Shown here piece by piece: positions 42,553 to 53,319 of a stretch of DNA of 64,000 nucleotides (positions are counted from its first letter, which is position 1; each line of letters starts with the position of its first letter). The position numbers and the translations under genes were made by a program. The notes under the pieces were generated by a model that saw only the letters and a list, made by a program, of their open reading frames with translations, was not told the origin of the DNA and made no database searches. The stretch is from an uncultured Bacteroidales bacterium. Its GTDB lineage: Bacteria; Bacteroidota; Bacteroidia; Bacteroidales; JAGOPY01. The DNA lies in contig CAVPBC010000002.1 in assembly GCA_963701785.1 (NCBI GenBank), positions 1,365,093-1,429,092 of the forward strand, read 5' to 3'.

Positions 42553-44084
42553 ATGTTTGCAGAAAAGGATCATATTAGACCTTTTATGAACCTCAATCCA
42601 ATAGCCGGGGCCTTTTGGATAATAATTCCAGCTGTCATGCTGTTTCTGTCAAGCCCCGGCAGGCTGGCTGGCCAGTGCACCGACACCGCTGACTTTTCCG
42701 GATGGTTTGAGGCAAATGGCAAGGACCACTGGCTGTTGAATTCGCCTCGTAAGGTAACAAACATTGTCGAGATTATACCGGCCAGGCCCTCTTTCTTCGT
42801 GAGCGACCAGCAATTGATCAATGTGAGGTTTTCTTTTGACGTCGAATCCCAGAATAGTCTGGATAATGACTTTATTGGATTTGTTGTCGGCTATCGAAAT
42901 CCTTATTCTGACGAATCCAATGAGTACGATTTTATTTTGTTTGACTGGAAAGCCAAATCCGGAAATGGGTATTCCCATTATGCTGAAGAGGGTTTCAGCC
43001 TGGCTGCGTTTCACGGCTATATTGCCCAGGATGCAATACATGATTATTTCTGGGGGCATAACAGTTCTGCCTCAAATTCAGCATATGAGCTTCTCTCATA
43101 CAGCTATGGGGATGAAAAAGGCTGGGATGTCATTCAAAAATATCATTTTGAGGTATTTTATATGGAAACATCCATAAAAATACTCATTGATGATAAACTA
43201 ATTTTTGATGTCGAAAGGTGCAATCAGCCCGGGAGGATCGGATTTTATACCTATTCCCAGTACGGAGTGGTTTTCAGCAATTTTTATTCCCGGAGCTCGG
43301 CCGACATCTTTGCCTCCCCAACCACTATTTGTGCAGGGGATACTGTCTTTGCAAGCCTGATGGATCCTTACTGCACCGCGTATGATCCTGCCATTGAAAG
43401 CTGGCAATGGAACTGGGGCGACGGGGAAACCTCCTTCAATAAACCCGTTGACTTCCACATTTACCAGGCTGCCGGAAATTATTTCATGGAACTTGTAGCC
43501 CAATTTTCCAGCAGTTGCAGCGATACTATAGGTACCCTGATAACCGTGCAAAACCAGCCGGAATTCGACCTTGGCCCGGATACTTCTGTACATGCCGGTG
43601 AATCGATTACCCTGACGCCGGGCGATTATCATCCAGGCTGGACTTACCATTGGTCAACAGGCAGCCGGGAGCCTCAAATCACCCTGAATGACCTTGACAG
43701 GGATACGACAATCAGGCCTTCTGGTGATAAGTTCCCTTTGCCAGGATTATGATGAGATCACTATTAAAGTAATCCATGATACCATTCCGAAATATAATAT
43801 CTGGGTACCGAATGCCTTTTCACCGGACGGTGATGGCCAGAATGATTTTTTCCAGCCGGTAACGACCGAGGTATTGCCAGATAAGTATAACCTTTACATT
43901 TATGACAGATGGGGCACGGAAATTTTCCGAGAGTTCCGAGCCTGGTAAAGGTTGGGACGGAACCTATAAAGGGCAGCCATGCCAGGGTGATGTTTATGGT
44001 TACCTGATCAGTTATCAGCCCGCCGATCAGTTACAAACTAAAGAGGTAATCATGTTAAAAGGGTGCTTTTTATTGCTAAAGTGA
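42553..44084 (+). pseudogene. TSP-C/LamG-like lectin domain + PKD domain protein with type-B T9SS (gliding-motility CHU_C) C-terminal domain; 2 frame disruptions
   Basis: Pieces 42553-43752, 43688-43948, 43902-44084. DNDFIGFVVGY...YDFILFDWK; WQWNWGDGETS (PKD); NAFSPDGDGQNDFF...IYDRWGTEIF...WDGTYKGQP...GDVYGYLISY. Confidence 0.7.
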
Positions 44085-44102
44085 ACTTTAAATTCCCACC
44101 CG

Positions 44103-44144
44103 CCTCTGTTTCCTCTGTTTATCCTCTGATACCTCTGCGGTTAA
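44103..44144. repeat. solo right arm of the TTAACCACAGAG palindromic element family
   Basis: CCTCTGTTTCCTCTGTTTATCCTCTGATACCTCTGCGGTTAA matches 55972-56013 at 41 of 42 nt. The following GACTTTTGTGAC also matches the flank at ~56026-56037. Confidence 0.8.
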
Positions 44145-44235
44145 TAATAAATGGGACTTTTGTGACATCCTCACTAAAATAATAGAGGCTAAATCCTGGC
44201 AATTTCCTTAGTTTTACAATGTAAATACAGGAAAA

Positions 44236-46586
44236 ATGACCAGGAAAATGTCCTATTATTTCAGTAAGCATTTCTTAAAAGCTTTATTCATCATCCTTTT
44301 TCTTGCCCTGTTTACCCGGGCTGAATCACAGGAATGCAGTTACACCCTGAGTATGCACGATAGCTACGGGGATGGCTGGAATGGTGGTTATCTTTCGGTT
44401 TTAGTCAATGATGTCCCGGTGGGTAATTTCTATGCCACCAATTTTGGAAGTACAGGGACCTTCCAGGTGAACACCGGAGATCTGGTAGAGCTTATCTACA
44501 CCCCCGGCGATTGGGAAAATGAAAATTCCTACCAGTTATTCGATCCGGTGTGGAATTTCCTTTTCGGTGACGGGCCTTCCCCTCAAACAGGCAGTGTTTT
44601 TTCATCCACAGGCGATTGCGATGGATCGATGCTTGCCGGGCAATCATCCCTGTACCGCGATACAAATTGATACGGGATGCATTGTTTCCGATAATACCGG
44701 CTTTCCGGGCTCCGGTTTAAACCCGGGTTGTGCTGAATACCAGGGCGCTGACATCTGGTTTGCTATGCAGGTGCCCCCTTCGGGTAATGTCAGTTTTGTT
44801 ACGGACAATGGTGATCTGACCGACACTGGATTAGCCGCCTGGACCGGCAGTACGTGCACAGATATTCATTACCTGGGCTGTGATGATGACGGAGGGAATG
44901 GTTATTACTCCTTCCTTTCCTTATATGACCTTACCCCGGAAAATATGCTGTATATACAGGTCTGGGGCTATGGTGGGGCAACCGGTACATTCGAGCTCTG
45001 TGCCCACGACCTGGGAACAGTGACCCTTGATAGTACTGAGCTGCCGATTGTCATGATCAACACATTGGGACAAACTATTGTGGAGAATACAAAGATTGAT
45101 GCCCTCATGGACATGAAATACAATGGCCCTGGCACCATAACTTATGTATCTGACAGCTCCAATGTATACAGCGGCAATATCGGCATTGAAATACGGGGAG
45201 CCACTTCGGCAGGTTATCCCCAGCATCCTTACAGCATTGAAACCCGCACCGCTGAAGGCGAAAATAACAACGTGCCCCTTCTGGGGATGCCTGAGGAAAA
45301 TGATTGGTTGCTGTTATCCAATTACAATGACCGGTCACTCATCAGGAATACGCTGGCATACAAGCTGTTCGAAGTAATGGGCAATTACAGTGTGCGGACA
45401 AGTTTATGCGAAGTGATGATCGACAGCGCTTATAAAGGCATTTACGTTTTCTGTGAAAAAATAAAACAGGATAACGGCAGGGTCGACATCGCCAAATTAA
45501 CCCCGGCCGATACTGCAGGGGATGACCTTACCGGCGGATATATCCTTGAACAGAATTACTGGAACGAATACAATAGTTTCCTTTCGAATTATTCCCCTAT
45601 CGACCATCCGGATTTTGATGTGCATTTTGTGTATTATTACCCCAAGCCGGATTCCATTGTTGGCGTTCAGAAATCATATATCGCATCCTTTGTGGATAGT
45701 CTTGAAACGGCGCTGTACAGCCCTGGGTTTGCAGATCCGGTCACAGGTTACAGGAAGTATCTCGATGTAAAATCATTCATTGATTATTTCCTGGTGAATG
45801 AATTATCACGCAACAACGATGGCTTTAAAAAGAGTGTTTATTTCAATAAGGATAAGAATTCAAACGATAGCAAGCTGAAAGCAGGACCTGTGTGGGATTT
45901 CGACTGGGCGTGGAAAAACCTGTATGGCTGTTCACATTTTTGAAAACCTGGATGGCTCAGGATGGGCGCACCATATCAATGATTGCCCCACTGACAATTA
46001 CTCCTGCGGCTGGTATATCCGGTTATTGCAGGACAGCACATTTGCCGATGAACTCAGGTGCGCCTACGACAATTACAGGCTGACCATTTTAGATACTGCC
46101 TATATTTTTTCCTACATCGACAGCGTGGAGAACCTGGTGCAAAATGCCCAGGCAAGGCATTTCCAGAAATGGCCCATCCTGGGCATCAGCGGTCCTGCAC
46201 CCGAGGTTGGAAATGTGGCCACAACCTACAGCGGAGAGCTTGATACCCTCAAAGCCTGGATAAAATTACGTTTACAATGGCTGGATGAAAATATACCGGG
46301 GCTCTGTCCGAATGTCTCCATTAATGACGATCCACGGCAAGTTGAAAACACTTTAAATTTCTACCCAAATCCCGGTAACGGTAATTTTCATTTTGAAGGA
46401 TATATTGAAAGCGACACCCCGATACAAATGTATGTTTACGATCTGACCGGCAGAATGATCGATCGCGTTTCCCTTCAGCCAGGCAGCTTGCGATTCGATT
46501 ACCGGTTGAACAGGAAAGGGTTGTTCTTATTCACCATTACCAACAATAACGGGCTCCTGCAGTCTGGAAAATTGATCGTACAGTAG
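44236..46586 (+). pseudogene. CotH-family (atypical kinase fold) protein with T9SS C-terminal sorting domain; 2 frame disruptions
   Basis: Pieces 44236-44670, 44519-45943, 45924-46586. LPIVMINT, IGIEIRGATSAGYPQHPYSIE, NDRSLIRNTLAYKLF, KGIYVFCEKIKQD, NNDGFKKSVYFNKD, GPVWDFDWAW. CTD LNFYPNPGNGNFHF. Confidence 0.75.
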
Positions 46587-46660
46587 CTGGAAACGTCAAC
46601 CATGCTAAATGACTTCATGGGCACCTATGTTATGGATCCGATGAACCAAAATGAGATTTT

Positions 46661-46668
46661 TATGTTTA
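46661..46668 (+). promoter_or_regulatory. possible Bacteroidota -7 promoter box (TATGTTTA; consensus TAnnTTTG)
   Basis: 28 nt upstream of ATG 46696. An identical octamer sits at the same spacing upstream of the paralogue at 54044, within a conserved GGATCCGATGAACCAAA...TATGTTTA leader. Confidence 0.3.
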
Positions 46669-46695
46669 ATGCCTACACTACTTAAAATATTATTT

Positions 46696-48493
46696 ATGAA
46701 AAAAGATTATTACTCTAAATCAAGCACCTTTAGATCCTTCATTTTCGGTATCATATTATTATTATCAATGACGATGTCCCTTCACGCCCAGACACTTACA
46801 GTTCAAACGCCAAACGGCGGCGAAGTTTGGACTTACGGACAAAGTGAAACAGTTACCTGGACCGGAACCGGCCTGGGCAGCCTGGTGTCGCTTGAATTTT
46901 CAGCGGATGGTGGCGCTACATGGTCCTTTATCGGCAATACTCCGTCGACTCCAACCGGCGGCTCTGTCCTGATCGGTGTTCCGGTATTGGCGAGCACCAA
47001 TGCATTCTTTAGGGTTACAAACCTTGAGGTCCCCGCTGCTTCGGATATCAGCGATGCACCATTTACGGTCATTGTGCCTCCGATCATCATTTATGAACCT
47101 TCTCCAGCATCTGCCATTTTTGCTGAAGCAGAAGTCTTTGTTAATTGGGGAACTACCGAAAATGGTATTACCCTTCTAAATGCTGAAATATCAATTGATA
47201 ATGGCGTGACCTATACGCCTGTTGCTCAGAACATCAATGCATTGTTTTATTATACATATATTGTGTTATCGGATACTCCATCTGATTCCTGTATCCTTAA
47301 GCTTTATAACGTGGATGATCCTACCGAGTATGGCCTGAGCCAGGTTTTTACAATAAGTCCTCTTCCTGTTTATAACCTGATTTCCCCGGCCGCCGGAGAA
47401 CTGGTAAATACCAACAGCCCTTACAGCATTACCTGGACCGTGGAGAATCCTTATAATGGATATGCTTATCTTGAATATTCCATTAATAACGGTCAGACCT
47501 GGGAAATCATCAATGGTGTTTTTTATCAGGGTAATACCGGAAGTTATGAATGGTACACACCAAATGTGGATTCAGATGAATGCCTCGTCAGGATCGGCGA
47601 TTCTTATTCATTAAACTCCCTGGATACCAGCGGGATGTTCTCGATATTTACGTTCCCTGAAACCCCGGTCTGCATGGTGTCGGTCGACAGCCTGACGAAT
47701 TACAATGTGGTTATATGGGAAAGGCCTGTTTCAGATATGATAGCCGATTTCCTGGTTTATAAAGAAACAGATGAATTTAATGTATATGAAGTGATCGATA
47801 CAGTAGGGTATGAGGAAATAACGATGGTCACCGACGCCGGTTCAAACCCGGCCATTAGGCCCTATCGATATAAAATCGGGTTCATTGATATCGAAAACAG
47901 GCTGTTCCCGTCAGGCGATTACCACCAGACCATTCACCTGACCATCAACCAGGGCGTGAACGATTCCTGGAACCTGATCTGGACGCCTTATACCGGGTTT
48001 GATTATCCTTCCTATAAGATCATGCGTAAAACAGATTCCGGCGATTATGAGCAGATCGCGACCGTTTCGGCAAGTTTTAGTTCCTATACCGACTTGAATG
48101 CGCCTCCCGGTGAAGTCTTCTATATGATAAAGATTGATGCACCCCGACGGCTGCAACCCGGCTATCCGCGATGGAGAATATGCCAGCGTATACTCCAATG
48201 TGGCAACAAACAGCATTGTTTCGGTTTTCGAAAACAAAGACCCGGACTTCACCATTTATCCCATCCCGGCTGATAAGCAACTCAATGTTTCATTCGGTGA
48301 AAACATTACCGGAAAGACCAGGCTGATCATCAGCGATCTGACGGGCAGGGTGGTTTATTCCGAAGATATCAATGACGTGCGTCCCGGACAGGTGCAAACG
48401 ATCAACAGCCTTGGCTTTAAAGAGGGGATGTACCTGCTGCAGTTAACCTCAGAAGGAAACAGTGCTACCAGAAAGATTGTGATAAAGCACTAG
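46696..48493 (+). pseudogene. Asp-box (SxDxGxTW) repeat / FN3-like T9SS cargo protein, paralogue 1; 1 frame disruption (extra T at ~48137)
   Basis: Pieces 46651-48273 and 48134-48493. SADGGATW, SIDNGVTY, SINNGQTW. AAGATTGATGCACCCCGACGGC versus AAGATTGAGCACCCTGACGGC in copy 3. CTD IYPIPADKQLNVSF. Confidence 0.8.
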
Positions 48494-48564
48494 CCGAGAC
48501 TAATTCACGGCTGCTGCACTGAACAAAACATGATTACTTTTGTTGTAAGTTCGAAATTGAGAAA

Positions 48565-49783
48565 ATGAAAAAGATAAAGTTACTTCTGGCCATTCTTCTG
48601 ATATCAAACATGGGGTTGAACGCCCAGATCAACCTTGTTGGTGCAGCATATAACCCGTCGACCGAAATGATCGATATTGTCAAATGGCAGGCGCTCGATT
48701 CGGGATCTGTAATCACCATTCCATCTATCCTTGAGGGATATTACTTCGGCTCATCAGCATTTGATGCATACAATGGAAATTATTACCTGACCGGGATCAC
48801 CGCCGATGATCAGGGCTTGTTTTCATTCAACACTCAAACAAATGAACAGGAACTGAGTGAATTCACTCTATTTTCGAATGTTTCGGAATTCGACATGAGC
48901 ACGGGCAAAATTTACGATCTCCGCCTTGACTCTACCGAATATATCAGTGTGAATGAATTTGATATTCTAACCGGAACTGACAGCCTGATCGGGGTGATCT
49001 ATGAGCCGGGAGCCAATGCAATTGTGGCTGACGCAATCGGTTTTAATTCCAATGATGGCATTATTTATTATGTGGGTTTTACTAATGAACCTGCAATATG
49101 CCTTTACGCTATCCCGGTAAGGGAAGAAGTTTTTTCTTTCAGCAGGACAACGCTTTTGCCAACCGCTCCTTATAATATTCTGACCGGCGTAAATTATGAT
49201 AATGTCAATGATAAGATATTTGCGTTAAATGCAACTTACGACAGCCTTTTCAATTATACCGGCAACGAAATCGTAGAGATAGATAAAGAGACCGGCGATA
49301 TTAATGTCCTGGCAGAATTGAATGAATTTACAGGATTCGTAGGCGGTTCTTCTTCTTTCGATCAGAATACCGGCAGTTTTCTGCTTTCGGGTATTGATAC
49401 CAGCAACCTGTTGCGCATGATCGTCTTCAACACCTACACAAACACCTATGAGACCGGGTTTGTCCCTGGCGTTTCCGAAATCGCTTGTGATAATACCATA
49501 TTTGCATTGAACAATTACATCATAACCTCAGTAACAGATAATGAAGAAATTGACTTCAGTGTCTCCCCAAATCCTGCCACCGACAGGCTTAGGGTTACTG
49601 TTAACGCTGCGTGAAGATGTCCTGGTGAGGATTTATTCGACGAATGGAAGCCTGGTGATCAGCAAAGAATTCTCACCAGGGGAAAATATTGAATTGTACC
49701 TGGATTTCCTGCCGTCAGGCGCATATCTTGTCAATGTTTTATCCGGCGGGATGAACGGTTCTAAAAAGATTCAGATACTTTAA
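48565..49783 (+). pseudogene. hypothetical secreted protein with T9SS C-terminal sorting domain; 1 frame disruption (~49600)
   Basis: Pieces 48565-49614 (signal MKKIKLLLAILLISNMGLNAQ; ...FSVSPNPATDRLRV) and 49541-49783 (VRIYSTNGSLV...GAYLVNVLSGGMNGSKKIQIL). Confidence 0.65.
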
Positions 49784-49792
49784 ATATTATTT

Positions 49793-51589
49793 ATGAAAAC
49801 AGATCAATACACCAAATCAACCACCTTAAAATCCTTCATTTTAGGCGTCATATTATTATCATCAATGACGATGTCGCTTAATGCCCAGTCACTTACGATT
49901 CAAACACCAAACGGTGGGGAGGTATGGACCTACGGGCAGTCGGAGATCATAACCTGGACCGGAAACAACCTTAGCAATTCAGTTATGGTCTACTTCTCCT
50001 ATGACGGCGGGACGAACTGGTGGTCTTATGGGCAGGTTCCTTCAGGACCCAATGGCGGCAGCGCAACGGTTAGCGCTCCAAATGTTCAAACCACGAATGC
50101 AATAATTAATCTGACCGATGTCATTAATCCTGATGCAACCGATATGAGTGATGAGCCATTTACTGTTTATGTTCCACCGATTATCATTTGGAGCCCTGCG
50201 CAAGGAGATGTCATCTTTAATAACACCGTATCGTCTGTGTTCTGGGTAATAAATACTACAGGGATCAATCTTCTTAATGCTGAACTGTCGAATGATAATG
50301 GCCAGACCTATACACTCATAGGGGAAAATATAAATGCACAGGAGGGTTATACCTTTCTCTTTTTTTCCACCACTCCTTCTGATTCATGCATCATCAGGCT
50401 ATACAACGTGGAAGATCCTGCTGAATATGGTCTCAGCGCTATCTTTACAATAGCAACTCCCCCGGTCTATACCCTCACATCCCCGCAGGGAGGTGAAATT
50501 GTAAATACATTTAGCCCTTTCTTAATTACATGGACGGTGGAAAACCCTTATGGGCCCTATTGCTACCTTGAATACTCCGAAGATAGCGGACAGACCTGGG
50601 AGATTATTGATAATGCCATGAATGAAGGCAATTCAGGAAGTTACGAATGGTTTACGCCCAATGTGGAGTCCGAAGAGTGCCTTGTCAGGATCACGGACTC
50701 TTATTCATTTACATCGGTCGATACCAGTGGAATGTTCACAATTTTAATGTTCCCTGAAACACCGGTCTGTATGGTGTCGGTTGATAGCCTGACAAACTAC
50801 AATGTGGTTATTTGGGAAAAGCCTGTTTCAGATATGATAGCCGATTTCCTGGTTTATAAAGAAACAGATGAATTTAATGTTTATGAAGTGATCGATACAG
50901 TAGGGTATGAAGAAATAGCGATGGTCACAGATTCCGGTTCAAACCCGGGCATGAGGCCTTATCGGTATAAAATCGGGTTCATTGATGTCGAAAACAGGCT
51001 ATTCCCGGCAGGCGATTACCACCAGACCATTCACCTGACCATCAATCAGGGTGTGAACGATTCATGGAACCTGATCTGGACCCCTTACATCGGAATTGAT
51101 TATACTTCATATAAGATCATGCGGAAAACAGATGCTGATGATTTTGAGCAGATCGCGACCGTATCGGCCAGTTTCAGTTCATTTACTGATTTTAACGCTC
51201 CTCCCGGTGAAGTTTTCTATATGATCAAGATCGAGCATCCTGACGGCTGCAACCCGGCTTCACGCGATGGAGAATATGCCAGCGTTTATTCCAATGTAGC
51301 TTCGAACAGCATCGTTTCGGTTTCCGAAAACAAAGACCTGGACTTCACCATTTATCCCATCCCGGCTGATAAGCAACTCCATGTTTCATTCGGAGAAAAC
51401 ATCACCGGAAAGGCCAGGCTGATCATCAGCGACCTGACGGGCAGGATGGTTTATTCGAAAGATATCAATGGCGCGCGTCCCGGACAGGTGCAGTCGATCA
51501 ACAGCCTTAACTTTAAAGAGGGGATGTACGTTCTGCGGTTAACCTCAGAGGGTAACAGTGCAATCAGGAAGATCGTGATTAAGCACTAG
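49793..51589 (+). CDS. Asp-box repeat / FN3-like T9SS cargo protein, paralogue 2
   Basis: 598 aa, intact. SYDGGTNW, SNDNGQTY, SEDSGQTW. The C-terminal ~290 aa are ~90% identical to copies 1 and 3. Confidence 0.8.
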   Translation: MKTDQYTKSTTLKSFILGVILLSSMTMSLNAQSLTIQTPNGGEVWTYGQSEIITWTGNNLSNSVMVYFSYDGGTNWWSYGQVPSGPNGGSATVSAPNVQTTNAIINLTDVINPDATDMSDEPFTVYVPPIIIWSPAQGDVIFNNTVSSVFWVINTTGINLLNAELSNDNGQTYTLIGENINAQEGYTFLFFSTTPSDSCIIRLYNVEDPAEYGLSAIFTIATPPVYTLTSPQGGEIVNTFSPFLITWTVENPYGPYCYLEYSEDSGQTWEIIDNAMNEGNSGSYEWFTPNVESEECLVRITDSYSFTSVDTSGMFTILMFPETPVCMVSVDSLTNYNVVIWEKPVSDMIADFLVYKETDEFNVYEVIDTVGYEEIAMVTDSGSNPGMRPYRYKIGFIDVENRLFPAGDYHQTIHLTINQGVNDSWNLIWTPYIGIDYTSYKIMRKTDADDFEQIATVSASFSSFTDFNAPPGEVFYMIKIEHPDGCNPASRDGEYASVYSNVASNSIVSVSENKDLDFTIYPIPADKQLHVSFGENITGKARLIISDLTGRMVYSKDINGARPGQVQSINSLNFKEGMYVLRLTSEGNSAIRKIVIKH

Positions 51590-51625
51590 CGGAATAAGTT
51601 CGTGCTCCAACAACCCCCATCCCGG

Positions 51626-51647
51626 CCTTCCCCCAAACGGGGGAAGG
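51626..51647 (+). terminator. GC-rich stem-loop downstream of paralogue 2
   Basis: CCTTCCCCC-aaac-GGGGGAAGG, 9-bp perfect stem, 37 nt after the stop at 51589. No U-tract. Confidence 0.4.
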
Positions 51648-51722
51648 AGATGCCAGAACCGACGGCTTCATTCGTCGGACTGCAAAAACAGAGGTTGAGC
51701 CATATGAGGAAACACTTCAAAG

Positions 51723-51897
51723 ATGCCTGACAAATTGTTATTTATTGATACAGAGACAGGAGGCCTGGATCCGGACAAACATTCGCTGTTATCAATAGCT
51801 ATGGTTGTCTGGGAAGACATGGAGATCATATACGGCGATAGGTGATGCCATCGCTACAGCAAAACTTTTTACGAAATTGCTGTATCTTCTAAAGTAG
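51723..51897 (+). pseudogene. internally deleted DnaQ-like (DEDD) 3'-5' exonuclease remnant
   Basis: Own translation: MPDKLLFIDTETGGLDPDKHSLLSIAMVVWEDMEIIYGDR* (Exo I motif DTET), followed in another frame by DAIATAKLFTKLLYLLK* (the typical C-terminal Exo III tail). About 130 aa of middle are missing. Confidence 0.6.
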
Positions 51898-51940
51898 GGA
51901 TTCAAAGTGGCAACCTGCAGTAGGCCTTATCAACCTATGT

Positions 51941-52042
51941 TTCACGCAAAGACCGCTAAAACAAAAGAAAGTTCGCAAGCATTTAAATATCAATAATTTA
52001 TTTTGCGATCTTTTTTATAATCTTTGCGAACTTTGCGTGGAA
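51941..52042. repeat. ~100-bp palindromic intergenic element of the CACGCAAAG type
   Basis: CACGCAAAG (51944-52) pairs with CTTTGCGTG (52031-39). AGTTCGCAA (51970-78) pairs with TTGCGAACT (52024-32). A solo arm TTTCCACGCAAAG occurs at 41184-41196. Confidence 0.7.
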
Positions 52043-52227
52043 ATCAACTTTTAAGACAATCTCTTACAAAAGGCGTCGTGACGCGCGGGTATCTATCCAA
52101 ATAAGGATAAAGCTCTTTTGTTAATAATTTCCCCGATACTGTGAACATAAGAGTTTGATGATCATTCTGGATAAAAGCTACTTTTGATTACTTAATAAAC
52201 CGGAAATAATCTATAAGAAAATAAAAA

Positions 52228-53319
52228 ATGGCGCAACAATATTTAGATCATTCAAAAGCAATTTTAACTTCTCATCGTTCCAATTTTAAAGGGGGAAGCA
52301 AAGGTTCGGGGATTATCTCATTATTTGGATATCAAAACGAATATGATCTCAGAGAAGGGTATCCCTTATTGACTACAAAAAAAATGGCCACAAGATCCAT
52401 GTTTCATGAAACAATATGGTTCTTGCGAGGGGATACAAATATTAAATATCTTGAAGACAATAACGCCCCGATCTGGAGGCCTGATGCTTTTCAGGACAAT
52501 CTTCCAGGGATGATCAAAGAAGGAGTATTTCCGGAAGGTCTTATAAAGTATTCTCCCGATTGGGACAAAGCGATGGAAGAATATGGTCAGAGGATAAGAG
52601 AAGATGCTGAATTTGCAGAAAGATGGGGAGATGCAGGACCCATATATGGTAAACAGTGGAGAAGATGGGAATATTTTGATCATGACAAAGGAACCTTTGT
52701 TGAAATAGATCAACTGGGAAAAATGATTGCAGGTCTGAAAAAGAAACCAACCGGGAAGAAACATATTGTCGATTCATGGAATCCCGGGGATACCCCGAAA
52801 ATGTCATTACCTCCATGCCATGTTCTTTACCAGGCAACTGCAAATGAAGAAGGAGAGCTGGAATTACAGCTTTACCAGAGAAGTTGCGACCAGTTTTTAG
52901 GTGTCCCTTTTAATATAGCCAGTTATGCTGCGCTCACCCAGATAATTGCGCAGGAAGCAGATATGGTCCCAAAAACATTTATCCACACTTTTGGCGATGC
53001 ACATTTTTATACCAGTATTGGAAAGAGAACTCAATGGTACAAAGGTAATTTCAAGGAAGTACAACAAAGAATAAGAAGTGTTTCTCAAAGAGAAGATTAT
53101 CTGGAAGTTGTTGATTGGATCAATAAAAATGCCCCCAGTGACGGAAATGAAGAAAAATATGATCATGTAACTGCAATACTCGAGCAAATGTCGAGGGAAC
53201 CCAGGCCCCTGCCTAAATTACATATTGCAAAAAAACCTTTTGATCAGTTGACCATAGATGATTTTGTCGTAGAAAATTATGATCCCCATCCTCCGATAAG
53301 AAGGAATATGTGTGTATAA
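52228..53319 (+). CDS. thyA: thymidylate synthase (ThyA family), unusually long with two insertions
   Basis: 363 aa. HETIWFLRGDTNIKYL, GPIYGKQWRRW, DQLGKMIAGLKKKPTGKKHIVDSWNP, LPPCHVLYQ (catalytic Cys), YQRSCDQFLGVPFNIASYAALTQ, FGDAHFY. Confidence 0.85.
   Translation: MAQQYLDHSKAILTSHRSNFKGGSKGSGIISLFGYQNEYDLREGYPLLTTKKMATRSMFHETIWFLRGDTNIKYLEDNNAPIWRPDAFQDNLPGMIKEGVFPEGLIKYSPDWDKAMEEYGQRIREDAEFAERWGDAGPIYGKQWRRWEYFDHDKGTFVEIDQLGKMIAGLKKKPTGKKHIVDSWNPGDTPKMSLPPCHVLYQATANEEGELELQLYQRSCDQFLGVPFNIASYAALTQIIAQEADMVPKTFIHTFGDAHFYTSIGKRTQWYKGNFKEVQQRIRSVSQREDYLEVVDWINKNAPSDGNEEKYDHVTAILEQMSREPRPLPKLHIAKKPFDQLTIDDFVVENYDPHPPIRRNMCV

Noticed and set aside
47839-47851. tRNA-like T-arm string GGTTCAAACCCGG (also near 50935 and 55190)
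   Set aside because: It lies inside the conserved coding region of the three paralogues (encodes GSNPA/GSNPG). No acceptor stem or anticodon arm can be drawn around it.
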